Shown here piece after piece: positions 19,251 to 29,175 of a stretch of 64,000 nt of DNA (position 1 is the stretch's first letter; the number at the start of each line of letters is the position of its first letter). The stretch lies in contig OY776215.1 in assembly GCA_963675495.1 (NCBI GenBank), positions 1,312,001-1,376,000 on the forward strand. The letters are read 5' to 3'. The position numbers and the translations under genes were made by a program. The notes below the pieces were generated by a model. It did not search any database. It was not told the DNA's origin and worked only from the letters and a program-made list of their open reading frames with translations. This DNA is from an uncultured Methanolobus sp. GTDB taxonomy: Archaea; Halobacteriota; Methanosarcinia; Methanosarcinales; Methanosarcinaceae.

Positions 19251-20090
19251 TTAAAAATGATTTCTTTCGCTATTTATCCATAACTCCTCGAATTTATCAT
19301 GGAGTTCTTTTGACATCGAGGTATCGTATATTTTGACCATTCCAAGTATTTTGTCCAAATAGACAGGGTCATTGATTTCCAATATAACCAGTTGTTTGTC
19401 AATTAATACAAATTTATGCGGAGTATCCAGATATCTTATCTCCAGATATTTGGAAATTTTTTGAGACATCATATCATTTTCCGCAGATTCGTGCAATTGC
19501 TTTAGTGATGTCGATAAAACTGGATTTGGATCGATTATTCTGATTCTTATTCCTTTCTCTACAAGAGGTAAAAGGCTTTCTTTGAACATTGAAGAAAACA
19601 TATCTTTAAATTGTTCAGATTCCATTGATTTGATCCTTCTTGGAACACTAATACATAGTTCTGTTTTTGCCCCATGAAAAACCTGCTTGAACAATTTCAT
19701 GACTTCATCAGTTCCCATTGCAGCTGACCAAAAATATTTCTCCTCTTTAATCTGACATTTATAGTGAGACAGTTTATCCTCAAGATCATCTATCGTCGCC
19801 CGAAATGTATGTAGTTCCCTATTGACTTCATTTTCTTTTCGAAGATAAAAATCATCAAATGCAATCTTTGCATCCACTGCCCTGTATTTCTTAGGTCTTG
19901 AATGCTGGACTTCAATAAACCCCATATTTTCTAGGTTTTCCAGAACAGCATAGACCTTACCCATGGGTATCTTTGATATTTTAGATAATTCTGCAGCGGC
20001 TATAAACCCTTCTTTCAATATAGTCAGATATGCAGTAGCTTCATATTTATTAAGACCTAGATTTCTTAGTAACTGTTCACTTTCCATCAT
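19251..20090 (-). CDS. TrmB-family transcriptional regulator
   Basis: LGLNKYEA.AY..L...S.IP.GKVY.VL.LE..GFI....RPKKY wHTH, plus a C-terminal PLD-like HKFVLID. Confidence 0.88.
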   Translation of the reverse strand: MMESEQLLRNLGLNKYEATAYLTILKEGFIAAAELSKISKIPMGKVYAVLENLENMGFIEVQHSRPKKYRAVDAKIAFDDFYLRKENEVNRELHTFRATIDDLEDKLSHYKCQIKEEKYFWSAAMGTDEVMKLFKQVFHGAKTELCISVPRRIKSMESEQFKDMFSSMFKESLLPLVEKGIRIRIIDPNPVLSTSLKQLHESAENDMMSQKISKYLEIRYLDTPHKFVLIDKQLVILEINDPVYLDKILGMVKIYDTSMSKELHDKFEELWINSERNHF

Positions 20091-20129
20091 TTAACACTTC
20101 CATGGTTTATTATAGAGTGAAATCCCTAA

Positions 20130-20157
20130 ATATAAACAACTCATATGTTGTTTATAT
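20130..20157. promoter_or_regulatory. 11-bp inverted repeat overlapping back-to-back TATA boxes (candidate TrmB operator)
   Basis: ATATAAACAAC-tcatat-GTTGTTTATAT between the divergent trmB and ABC operon. Confidence 0.5.
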
Positions 20158-20245
20158 AAATTATGTGAGCATGGGACCTACTCAGAACCTACCCGTCTTT
20201 TATATAAAAATAAAAAAAACTAATAATAAATTAATGACAGATATA

Positions 20246-20287
20246 TTAAGAGAAGGTGTTCTCAAATTAATAGAAGGTGTCCTCAAT
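20246..20287 (+). repeat. 21-bp tandem duplication covering the RBS
   Basis: TTAAGAGAAGGTGTTCTCAAA / TTAATAGAAGGTGTCCTCAAT. Only the second copy runs into the ATG at 20286. Confidence 0.7.
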
Positions 20288-21458
20288 GAGACTAAATATA
20301 CAAAATATCAGTGTATTCATGATAATTCTATTGTTGATAGGAATTAGTACCTCAATGACCTGTTCTGCAGCTGTCAATGGCGTTGAAATAAACACTATGG
20401 AAGTAACACCCCAGCCAGCAGAGCCAGGAAATGATGTAACTCTTAAAATAAGGGTCACCAACCAGGGTGTGGAAAGCATAGAGGACTTTTCACTGAAAAT
20501 AGATGTGACCTACCCTTTTTACCTGAAAAGCGAAAGTAAGAATTTCGAGAACAAGAGAATATTAAACATTGGATCATCGGTGGATAACACCTATTATTTG
20601 ACCATTGACCCAAATGCAACTTCTGGAATCTATCCGGTGAAGTTCGATGTTCACGTCAATGATGTGATCCTGAACCCATCTGATAACAATGTCTATATAC
20701 AGATCATAGGTAAACCTGACCTCACGGTAAAAGCCGATGCTATTGACAAAATATCTCCGGGAGATACATTCCCATTGCAGCTATCGGTGAGTAATATTGG
20801 TACCGGAATGGCGAATAATATAAAGATCAGTTCTGAATCTGAGAGTATTCTGATGCTTGGTTCTAACGTTGAACTGATCAACAGGATAATGCCGGCAGAA
20901 ACATCACAGGTTAAGTTCGATCTTATTATAAGGAATGATCTAGAACCCGATGCATACCAGTTTCCTGTTAAGCTCAAATACATTGATGAGATGGGAACTA
21001 ACTACACGTTGACCTACAACATCGGTCTCAACATACTGAATAATGCGGAGGTTGGTATCCAGAGTATAAAGATAACTCCAACTCAGGTCACACCTCTGGA
21101 TGAGGTCCATATTGTGGGTATCATCGAGAATACAGGGAACGGCGATGCAAAGCAGGTTGTTGTGGACCTGATAACTGAAGATGGGGAACATAAGTCCTTT
21201 ATAGGACAGCTTAAAACCGATGACGATGCACCATTTTATTTTGATATTAAGCCCGGATCTGCAGGTAAGAAGAACTTCAACCTCACCATCTCCTATACCG
21301 ATGATTTTGGTTCACATGAAGTTGAGCAGACAATACCGCTTCAGGTCAGCAGACCAAAAACCAACGTAGCCTTGGCCATTGCACTTATAATTATCATTGC
21401 CCTGCCCGTGGCTTATTTCATCATCAGGAAGAGGCGGAATGAGAATGGACAAAAATGA
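20286..21458 (+). CDS. COG1361 S-layer-domain-like extracytoplasmic protein of ABC exporter operon
   Basis: Signal peptide, repeated Ig-like modules (PG...L...N.G.G.A), C-terminal TM followed by RKRR. Confidence 0.8.
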   Translation: MRLNIQNISVFMIILLLIGISTSMTCSAAVNGVEINTMEVTPQPAEPGNDVTLKIRVTNQGVESIEDFSLKIDVTYPFYLKSESKNFENKRILNIGSSVDNTYYLTIDPNATSGIYPVKFDVHVNDVILNPSDNNVYIQIIGKPDLTVKADAIDKISPGDTFPLQLSVSNIGTGMANNIKISSESESILMLGSNVELINRIMPAETSQVKFDLIIRNDLEPDAYQFPVKLKYIDEMGTNYTLTYNIGLNILNNAEVGIQSIKITPTQVTPLDEVHIVGIIENTGNGDAKQVVVDLITEDGEHKSFIGQLKTDDDAPFYFDIKPGSAGKKNFNLTISYTDDFGSHEVEQTIPLQVSRPKTNVALAIALIIIIALPVAYFIIRKRRNENGQK

Positions 21459-22647
21459 CCTTAAAGTAATGATTTTTCTGGCATACAAGAATCTTACCAA
21501 AAGCAAAATCACCTTCATGGTCATTGTTGCTGTAATGGCAATGAGTTTTCTTTCCATTACTTTTTTTGCATCGATCATTGATGGTCTTGGATACGAATTT
21601 GAAGAAGGGATGATAAGAGGACAGACCGGACACCTCATGATCGAACCCCAAGAAGATGAACTGTATATTTCCAATTCAAAAGACCTTGTGAAAGACATCA
21701 GAAGGATTCCGGAGGTTGCTGGTGTTGCGCGAAGACTGGATGCCAGCGCAGTGGCAAGGCATGAAAATATAGAAATAGGAAACCCAGTTCTTTTTATAGA
21801 GCCTGAAAATGAGAAAGATGTCTCAGATTACTGGAACAGTGTCCTTGTAGGAGAGTATCTTTCAAAAAAAGACACTGATGAACTGATAATAGGCGCGGAT
21901 CTGGTAGAGTCCTATGCAGAAGAAGATGACACTCAAAAAAGGTTTGGTGTGGATGTTGGCGATAAGATCACATTAAGTTTTAGCAACGGATTTGTAAAAG
22001 AGTATAGAATAAAAGGCATATATAAAACAGGATCACGTTTTGTGGATGACAAGATAATAATCAATTTTGATCAGTATCAGACCATATTCGGGTCCACAGA
22101 TGATATTGCATCTAACATCATAATAGCACTCCCGGAAAGAGGCGTTGAAGAATTATATACAAGGGACCTGATCGACCTTGGTGTTAGTGATCAGATCAAT
22201 AAATGGCAGACAAAGATGGGAGCTGTGAACCAGTTTGTGGGAAGTCTTCAGATAACGAACCAGATAACCGGTACTATAGGACTGCTTACTGCTTTTGCAA
22301 CGATATATATCATCATATTCATCAATGTCACAAATAAAAGAAAACAGATAGGTATACTCAAAGCTGTAGGTATCAAAAAAGAGATAATCCTGGGATCATA
22401 TGTCCTCCAGTCACTAGCCTATGGCATTACAGGGGTTATAATTGGAAATCTGGTAATGCAAGTATTACTGTTGCTTCTATCAATTCATCCACTGAGCATG
22501 CCCATTGGGCCTGTGGTCCCTATATTGACAAATGAGAGGCTTCTGACCACCAGTGCCACGCTTATAATGGCATCCATAGTAGCCGGGTTTTTCCCGTCCC
22601 GAAAAGCTGCAGATGAGAACATACTGGATGCGATATTTGGAGGATGA
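21439..22647 (+). CDS. ABC transporter permease (LolE/MacB/FtsX-like)
   Basis: One N-terminal TM, large external loop, KRKQIGILKAVG motif, FPSRKAA ending. Confidence 0.88.
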   Translation: MRMDKNDLKVMIFLAYKNLTKSKITFMVIVAVMAMSFLSITFFASIIDGLGYEFEEGMIRGQTGHLMIEPQEDELYISNSKDLVKDIRRIPEVAGVARRLDASAVARHENIEIGNPVLFIEPENEKDVSDYWNSVLVGEYLSKKDTDELIIGADLVESYAEEDDTQKRFGVDVGDKITLSFSNGFVKEYRIKGIYKTGSRFVDDKIIINFDQYQTIFGSTDDIASNIIIALPERGVEELYTRDLIDLGVSDQINKWQTKMGAVNQFVGSLQITNQITGTIGLLTAFATIYIIIFINVTNKRKQIGILKAVGIKKEIILGSYVLQSLAYGITGVIIGNLVMQVLLLLLSIHPLSMPIGPVVPILTNERLLTTSATLIMASIVAGFFPSRKAADENILDAIFGG

Positions 22648-23336
22648 ACATGGAAAGAACGATCATCAGAACAGAGAATCTTGAAAGGGTCTATATTTCA
22701 GGTGCAGTTAAAACGTACGCTCTTGTGGACATCAGTCTTGAGATAAAAGAAAGTGAGTTTGTTGCCATCATGGGAAAAAGTGGAAGCGGAAAAAGCACAT
22801 TGTTGCACCAGTTAGGACTTCTGGATAAGCCTACTAAGGGAAGTATAAACATAGATGGACATGATGTCATCAATATTTCTGAAAAGGAGAGGACAAGATT
22901 TCGGCTTGATGAACTGGGTTATGTTTTCCAGTCATATAATTTGATACCTGAACTGACTGCCATAGAGAACGTATATATCACGCCCATGGCAAGGAATTTG
23001 AAAAAAGAGGAATATGAGAACGTGGCAGAAGAGATCCTTACGGCTGTGGGACTTGGAGACCGTATGCATCATTACCCATCTGAACTTTCCGGGGGACAAC
23101 AGCAGAGAGTGTCCATTGCAAGGGCACTGGTAAATAAGCCAAAGATACTTTTTGCAGATGAACCCACAGCAAATCTTGATTCTGCATCCTCGGAAGATGT
23201 TATCAATCTGTTCCGAAAATTCAACCAGGAGATAGGCCAGACCATAGTAATGGTAACCCATGAGCTCGAGGAAGGAGAGAAGGCAGACAGGATCATCTGG
23301 GTCAAGGATGGATTACTTGATCCGGGAAAACAGTAG
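22644..23336 (+). CDS. ABC transporter ATP-binding protein (LolD-like)
   Basis: GKSGSGKS, LSGGQQQR, FADEPTANLD, VTH. Confidence 0.93.
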   Translation: MNMERTIIRTENLERVYISGAVKTYALVDISLEIKESEFVAIMGKSGSGKSTLLHQLGLLDKPTKGSINIDGHDVINISEKERTRFRLDELGYVFQSYNLIPELTAIENVYITPMARNLKKEEYENVAEEILTAVGLGDRMHHYPSELSGGQQQRVSIARALVNKPKILFADEPTANLDSASSEDVINLFRKFNQEIGQTIVMVTHELEEGEKADRIIWVKDGLLDPGKQ

Positions 23337-23450
23337 AGTATTTGGCAACAAAAAGCCTTGATTAAAAATATATGGGTTTCATGCAACCACAATATAATGG
23401 ATTTTTTATAATATACAAAGTGCGTGGGATTAAGAACACCAATTTTCATC

Positions 23451-24128
23451 TCAATATTTCTTCCCCACAATCACAAATCCATTCACCCGTTTCCCAGTCC
23501 TTGTCACAAACTCATCATTCTTGAAATACTCCACCTCAAACCCGTTCTCGATCAGCAAAAAAACAAGCTCCTTCTCAGTAAAATGATGAGCAATATAAGC
23601 AAGCTCCCCGGTCTTCTCATCATAAGCAATAATCGAACCCTCCTCTTTTGTCACGGCCAAGTCATTGATGTACCGCTCACGATAGAGCTTCGAATGCCAG
23701 GTCTGTCCGAAATCAGCGATATAGAGGTGGCCATGTGGTTTCAGCACCCTGCACGCTTCCCGGATTATTCTGGCACGGTCATCTTTTGAGACTACAGTGG
23801 TCAGGAATGCCTGCATTACTGCAATATCGAAACTTGCATTAGCAAAGGGGAGAGTTGTGGCATTGCCTTTGACAAATAATGGGATTTGCGGGCAATTCTG
23901 TGATTTAGAAGAGGACTTTGCCATACTCAGAACTTCAGTGTTGACGTCAACACCGGTTAGCGAATAGCCATGCAATGCCAAGGGAATACTTACTTTTCCG
24001 TTGGCACAACCGATGTCAAGGATACGGCAGGCAGGAGATGTATATTTGTAGATTATCGGGTCAAGCTCAATTGTTGTCGGGATGTTCTTGCCCTCTATTT
24101 TTGACCATGAAGATGAGTGGCTTTCCAT
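23451..24128 (-). CDS. class I SAM-dependent methyltransferase
   Basis: ILDIGCANG, GVD, LPFANASFD, RVLKP.G. Confidence 0.85.
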   Translation of the reverse strand: MESHSSSWSKIEGKNIPTTIELDPIIYKYTSPACRILDIGCANGKVSIPLALHGYSLTGVDVNTEVLSMAKSSSKSQNCPQIPLFVKGNATTLPFANASFDIAVMQAFLTTVVSKDDRARIIREACRVLKPHGHLYIADFGQTWHSKLYRERYINDLAVTKEEGSIIAYDEKTGELAYIAHHFTEKELVFLLIENGFEVEYFKNDEFVTRTGKRVNGFVIVGKKY

Positions 24129-24262
24129 TAGACAGACTCCGTAATAGTTAGCTCCTTAACTCATTATAATTGACCTGAAAACTATTTGAATGTCTGGTAC
24201 AGAAAATAACAACCTACCTTGAAACAAACGTTTTATTATGTTAACAGTGAGAAGTATATAAC

Positions 24263-24637
24263 ATGACCAGACTCGATGAAATTTGCATCTCCAGAACAAG
24301 ATGCATTATCTATACTATTCTCCTGTTTATCCTTGCAGGTATTCTTGAGATTGGAGGCGGATATCTTATATGGCTCTGGATACGGGAGAACAAAGATATG
24401 AGCTTTGCACTTCTCGGGGCTGTAACTTTGTTCCTTTACGGCATCGTTCCGACCTTTCAACCCTCGCATTTCCACAGGATATACGCCACATACGGAGGCA
24501 TATTTGTGGTAATGTCACTGCTTTGGGGATGGGTGTTTGACAAAATACCACCGGATACCTATGACATCATAGGCTGTTCTGTCATCCTCGTTGGCGTGGG
24601 AATCATTTACTACTGGCCCAGGGAAGGTGAAGAATAA
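24263..24637 (+). CDS. YnfA/UPF0060 small membrane transporter (copy 1)
   Basis: LFILAGILEIGGGYLIWLW, RIYATYGGIF, PDTYDIIG. Confidence 0.85.
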   Translation: MTRLDEICISRTRCIIYTILLFILAGILEIGGGYLIWLWIRENKDMSFALLGAVTLFLYGIVPTFQPSHFHRIYATYGGIFVVMSLLWGWVFDKIPPDTYDIIGCSVILVGVGIIYYWPREGEE

Positions 24638-24981
24638 TGAACGAAGGACTGGTTTCATTTACACTGGTATCCCTCGGACTCTTCTTCTTGGCCGCCCTCT
24701 TTGAGATCGGCGGAGGATATCTCGTATGGTTATGGTTGAGGGAAAAGAAAGGCATATGGATAGGACTACTTGGAGGACTTGTACTTGCAGTCTACGGAAT
24801 CATACCCACTTTTCAGCCCGCACATTTCGGAAGGGTATATGCTGCGTACGGCGGAATATTCATAGTCTCCTCACTTATCTGGGGGAAGTTCGTGGATAGG
24901 ACAGAGGCGGACAGATATGAGATAATTGGCGCTCTGATAGCACTTATAGGCGTATTCATCATGTTTTACATTCCGAGGTAA
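24637..24981 (+). CDS. YnfA/UPF0060 small membrane transporter (copy 2)
   Basis: LFFLAALFEIGGGYLVWLW, FGRVYAAYGGIF. Overlaps the copy-1 stop (TAATG). Confidence 0.88.
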   Translation: MNEGLVSFTLVSLGLFFLAALFEIGGGYLVWLWLREKKGIWIGLLGGLVLAVYGIIPTFQPAHFGRVYAAYGGIFIVSSLIWGKFVDRTEADRYEIIGALIALIGVFIMFYIPR

Positions 24982-25103
24982 GCTTTGGACTGCTCAAACA
25001 TTCTAAGGCAACCTACCAGTAAGGACTAAAACTGCAAGTCACTGGAAAGAGAGATACTAACTGGTACAAATATAGATCATTGGCAATAACTACGAGACAA
25101 ATA

Positions 25104-25442
25104 TTAATTTTCTGGATCAGGGCCAGACGGTTTCTTCTGACCCAGTGTCCGCTCAGCCTCACATCTGCACTCCTTCATAATAGGTTCAGGAATTAGTTTC
25201 ATTGCCAGCAGGAAGCCCAGGGGAATGAGGATAATATCATCAACTTGACCAATAATGGGAATGAAATCAGGGATCAGATCGATAGGGCTTAGAGCATAAA
25301 TAGCAACACCACCTGCAAGTACTCTGGTGTACAAAGGCAGATCAGGTCTTTTGCTTGCCAAAGAAAGAGTCTTTGTATGTAGCTGCACCTTGTAGAACTT
25401 ATTCTTCAATAAAGTCTTAGCTGCTATTTTTACAATACCCAT
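25104..25442 (-). CDS. DUF1232/YkvA-family protein
   Basis: YALSPIDLIPDFIPIIGQVDD signature. Confidence 0.88.
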   Translation of the reverse strand: MGIVKIAAKTLLKNKFYKVQLHTKTLSLASKRPDLPLYTRVLAGGVAIYALSPIDLIPDFIPIIGQVDDIILIPLGFLLAMKLIPEPIMKECRCEAERTLGQKKPSGPDPEN

Positions 25443-25770
25443 CTGATAGAACCTCAGGAAAATGAACTTATTAATGACTATGTTGTTTGCTCATATATTT
25501 TTAGCGACATACTTCCAATAAATTAGTATGACAAAAACACAGAGAAAAATAAAGTTATAGTTCACAAGCATATGTGTGACCATTCTATCGTAAACTTGTT
25601 TTTGTCTTAAGGCCAACTAGTAAAACACCCTATAATATCTAAATGGAATTGGTGTTAGTTCGTATTCAACATCCCATAGGCAATTATCTGATCATTCCAG
25701 GTATCTACAAACTAAACCATGTAAGCTTCAAATGCAGAATTGAAAAATAAAAAATAAAAAAAAGGAATGA

Positions 25771-26631
25771 TCAGATCATTTTTCTTGGTTGCTTGTGCTC
25801 AGGAAGTGCAGGTAAAGGCATTGTATTGATAAGAATCGGACTCTCTACCTCCTTTGCACGTTCAAGCAGAAGTTCTTTGCCTTTTTGGCTCACTGCAAAC
25901 AAGGGGACAGCAGTTCCAACCTGTGCAAGAGGCTTGATAACATCTCTTATAGGCTTTGATGCACAACCTGTGATGATATCAACATAATTAATGAGTTCAA
26001 GTGCATCTTCTCTGCTAAGACCGGTGGTATGCGCACCTATTATTGTAAGGTCCAGCTCAAGTCCGGCTTCCATTTCACGAAGTTTCTTTGCAGTATTTGG
26101 GTCAACTGCAGAAACTGCAATTCTCCTGTAACCAAGCTGAGATGCCTTCTCCACACCAGCTACCGGGTCGATAATTGCAGAAGATGGGTCAAGGATAACT
26201 CCTCCTCGCTCAGTGATCCCATTGATAATTCCATCAATAGGCTCGGTCTCTACAAGTCCTGACATTCTGGCGCCCATTCCCTGAACAAGGGTTGGGTTAT
26301 TGGTGATAACGGTTCCTGCCCCTTCACAAACGGTTACTGTTGTATCAAGAAGGTCCCTTCGAAGACCGCTCATCATAATCTCTGATGCCCCAAATCCAAC
26401 AAATACCTCATGCTCCAGTATCCTATTATCCGTGAACATCCCAAAATCCTTGATGCGAAATTCCATGTTTTCCCTGACCGCATCTTTTGTTACTTTTTTT
26501 ATTCCACGCATTTTGTCAAATAAAGGACACCAATCTATCTGAGGCTCCCCTACTTCTACTACTTTACCATCTTCTACAACAACTCTTGTCTTTCCTAAAA
26601 GTTCCATTACATGAGGCATATTCTTCACCAT
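25771..26631 (-). CDS. methanogenesis marker protein 8 (DUF2099)
   Basis: HVMELLGKTRV, WCPLF, FGASE, VCEGAGTV, HTTG, TGCASK. Confidence 0.85.
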   Translation of the reverse strand: MVKNMPHVMELLGKTRVVVEDGKVVEVGEPQIDWCPLFDKMRGIKKVTKDAVRENMEFRIKDFGMFTDNRILEHEVFVGFGASEIMMSGLRRDLLDTTVTVCEGAGTVITNNPTLVQGMGARMSGLVETEPIDGIINGITERGGVILDPSSAIIDPVAGVEKASQLGYRRIAVSAVDPNTAKKLREMEAGLELDLTIIGAHTTGLSREDALELINYVDIITGCASKPIRDVIKPLAQVGTAVPLFAVSQKGKELLLERAKEVESPILINTMPLPALPEHKQPRKMI

Positions 26632-26668
26632 TAAATATTATATATTATGTGATTTTTGAAGTTATAAT

Positions 26669-27106
26669 TCAATTAGCATCATCCAGCATGTCGGATGCGT
26701 TCATGTGCATTATTTCAATCAATTTCAAAATCTCTTTTCTCTGATCAACGTCAAATTTGGATAAAAGGTTCTCTTCCCATTTAGTAAATATCCTAATCAT
26801 TTCAGGTTCGATTGCCTTTCCTTTCTCCGTCAGAAAAATAAGATATGAACGCCTGTCGTTTTCGTCGATCTGCCTTAGAACATAACCATCATCGACTAAT
26901 TTTTTTATCGTTCTTGTGATTGTGGTCTTATCCACTTTTATCGTCTGTGCGAGTAATCCCTGAGTAATACCATCCATCTTGAAAAGGGGCATCAAAATAC
27001 GGAGTTGTGCGCCTCCAAAACCGTAAGGTTCCAGTTCTTTATCGTAGTATCTACGAGCATATCTGTCAAGATATGAAATGTGTTTTCCAACGAATTCAGT
27101 ATACAC
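26669..27106 (-). CDS. MarR-family transcriptional regulator
   Basis: DGITQ..LA....VDKTTITR.IKKL...GYV.R..D.NDRRSY...LTEKG. Confidence 0.9.
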   Translation of the reverse strand: MYTEFVGKHISYLDRYARRYYDKELEPYGFGGAQLRILMPLFKMDGITQGLLAQTIKVDKTTITRTIKKLVDDGYVLRQIDENDRRSYLIFLTEKGKAIEPEMIRIFTKWEENLLSKFDVDQRKEILKLIEIMHMNASDMLDDAN

Positions 27107-27145
27107 AGCCGTATGCTCCTTTTAATAGATTATTTAAACTTTGAT

Positions 27146-27183
27146 AGTTGTATGTGCAACTTAAAATAGTTGTAGATAAAACC
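27146..27183. promoter_or_regulatory. tandem MarR-type operator palindromes
   Basis: AGTTG-tatgtg-CAACT (27146-27161) and imperfect AGTTG-tagata-AAACC (27168-27183), upstream of marR. Confidence 0.55.
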
Positions 27184-27456
27184 ATAATGATATAGCTAAC
27201 GATGAAGCCAGAAATCCATTAACTTAAGAAAAAACCACTCTGTAGAATCCTCAAACAATTAAACTACACAATTTGACATATCTGCCAGGATTGTGTCTGA
27301 ATATCAAGCATTTTATGGTTTCAATGATTACGTGCGTTAACGGTCAAATAAATCTAAAATCAGTTTCTTTAACCAACATTTTTAATATAATCATTTGCTT
27401 TTCTAACACTTAAATATCTATACATATTACTCTATTTCAAATTCGAGGAACTTACG

Positions 27457-27738
27457 ATGATCACTAAAGAAGAAGTAGAACACGTAGGCTGGCTCGCACG
27501 TATCGAGATCGATGAAAAGGAATCCGATGCTTACGCGCAGAAGCTCAACTCCGTGCTGGACTATTTCGGACAGCTCGACGAGGTTGATACCGAAGATGTG
27601 CCACCTACATACCATGTTGCAGACATTATGAACGTATTCAGGGAAGATGTTGTCAAGCCATCCATGTCACAGGAAGACGTGCTTGCAAACACAGAGAACA
27701 AGCAGGAAGGCAATTTCAAAGCCCCAAGGATCATGTGA
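27457..27738 (+). CDS. gatC: Asp/Glu-tRNA amidotransferase subunit C
   Basis: ITKEEVEHVGWLARI, L.EVDT..V.PT, FRED, FKAPRI. Confidence 0.95.
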   Translation: MITKEEVEHVGWLARIEIDEKESDAYAQKLNSVLDYFGQLDEVDTEDVPPTYHVADIMNVFREDVVKPSMSQEDVLANTENKQEGNFKAPRIM

Positions 27739-27747
27739 GGTGTGCAA

Positions 27748-29175
27748 ATGACAGCATGGACTGATATTTCAAGCATAAAGCAAAGAATTGCGGACTCTTG
27801 CGCCGAAGAGGTCACAGCAGCCTACATAGAGACCATCGGCAAGAGTAAGATCAACGGATTCACAACCCTCTGGGACGAGGCGATTAACACAGCCCGTGAA
27901 ATTGACTCAAACGGCCACGAAGGACCTCTGGCAGGAGTTCCCATCGCCATCAAGGAGAACATATCCACAAAAGGACTCTCCACAACCTGTTCATCTAAGA
28001 TACTGGAGGGATATGTACCACCATATGATGCACATGTCATTGAGAGATTGAAGGAAGCAGGTGCAGTAATTCTCGGAAAGACCAACATGGACGAGTTTGC
28101 CATGGGAACTTCCACCGAATCAAGCTGTTACGGACCCACATTCAACCCATGGGACCTTGAAAGAGTACCCGGCGGATCATCAGGCGGCAGCGCTGCTGTT
28201 GTAGCAGCAGGAGAAGCACCCATATCTCTTGGATCAGACACAGGCGGGTCGGTCAGATGTCCGGCAGCATACTGTGGCGTAGTGGGACTCAAACCAACCT
28301 ACGGATGTATCTCAAGATACGGACTCATCTCTTACGCAAACTCACTGGAGCAAATTGGTCCTCTGGCAACAAATGTAGCAGACATTGCAACAATTATGGA
28401 CGTTGTCGCAGGATACGACCACAGGGATAGCACATCCATCAACAGGGAAAACACATACAGCGATGCCTTGAAGGACGATGTAAAAGGAATGAAAATAGGC
28501 GTACCTGATGAGTACTTCGGTGAGGGCATCGACAAGGATGTCGAGAAATCTGTATGGGATGCTATCAGCAAATTCGAGGATATGGGAGCTACTTACGAAA
28601 AGGTGTCCATGCCACACACAAAATACGCACTTGCATCTTATTATATCATAGCCATGAGCGAAGCCTCATCCAACCTTGCACGTTTTGACGGAACCAGATT
28701 CGGACACCGTGCAGATGGAGAGAACTGGCATGTTATGGCATCAAAGACCCGTGCAGAAGGTTTCGGAACTGAGGTCAAACGCAGGGTATTACTTGGAACC
28801 TACGCACTTTCAGCAGGTTACCATGATAAGTACTATCTTAAAGCACTCAAGGTAAGGACCCTTGTGAAGCAGGACTTTGATAAGGCTCTTGCAAACGTTG
28901 ATGTGCTTATGGCACCAACCATGCCGGCACCAGCATTCAAGATCGGTGAGAAGATCGAGGACCCACTTTCACTCTACCTATCAGATGTCAACACAGTACC
29001 AATGAACCTTGCAGGTGTGCCATCTATCTCAGTGCCATGTGGATTTGCAGGTGACATGCCTGTTGGACTGCAGATAATAGGCAAGCATTTCGATGAGAAT
29101 ACTATCATCAAGGCAGCCTATAGTTTCGAGCAGAATACCAATCACCACACCAGAAGACCACCGGAGGTGGCATAA
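27748..29175 (+). CDS. gatA: Asp/Glu-tRNA amidotransferase subunit A
   Basis: Amidase signature [28 protein letters not shown] 27748 follows GAGGTG. Confidence 0.96.
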   Translation: MTAWTDISSIKQRIADSCAEEVTAAYIETIGKSKINGFTTLWDEAINTAREIDSNGHEGPLAGVPIAIKENISTKGLSTTCSSKILEGYVPPYDAHVIERLKEAGAVILGKTNMDEFAMGTSTESSCYGPTFNPWDLERVPGGSSGGSAAVVAAGEAPISLGSDTGGSVRCPAAYCGVVGLKPTYGCISRYGLISYANSLEQIGPLATNVADIATIMDVVAGYDHRDSTSINRENTYSDALKDDVKGMKIGVPDEYFGEGIDKDVEKSVWDAISKFEDMGATYEKVSMPHTKYALASYYIIAMSEASSNLARFDGTRFGHRADGENWHVMASKTRAEGFGTEVKRRVLLGTYALSAGYHDKYYLKALKVRTLVKQDFDKALANVDVLMAPTMPAPAFKIGEKIEDPLSLYLSDVNTVPMNLAGVPSISVPCGFAGDMPVGLQIIGKHFDENTIIKAAYSFEQNTNHHTRRPPEVA

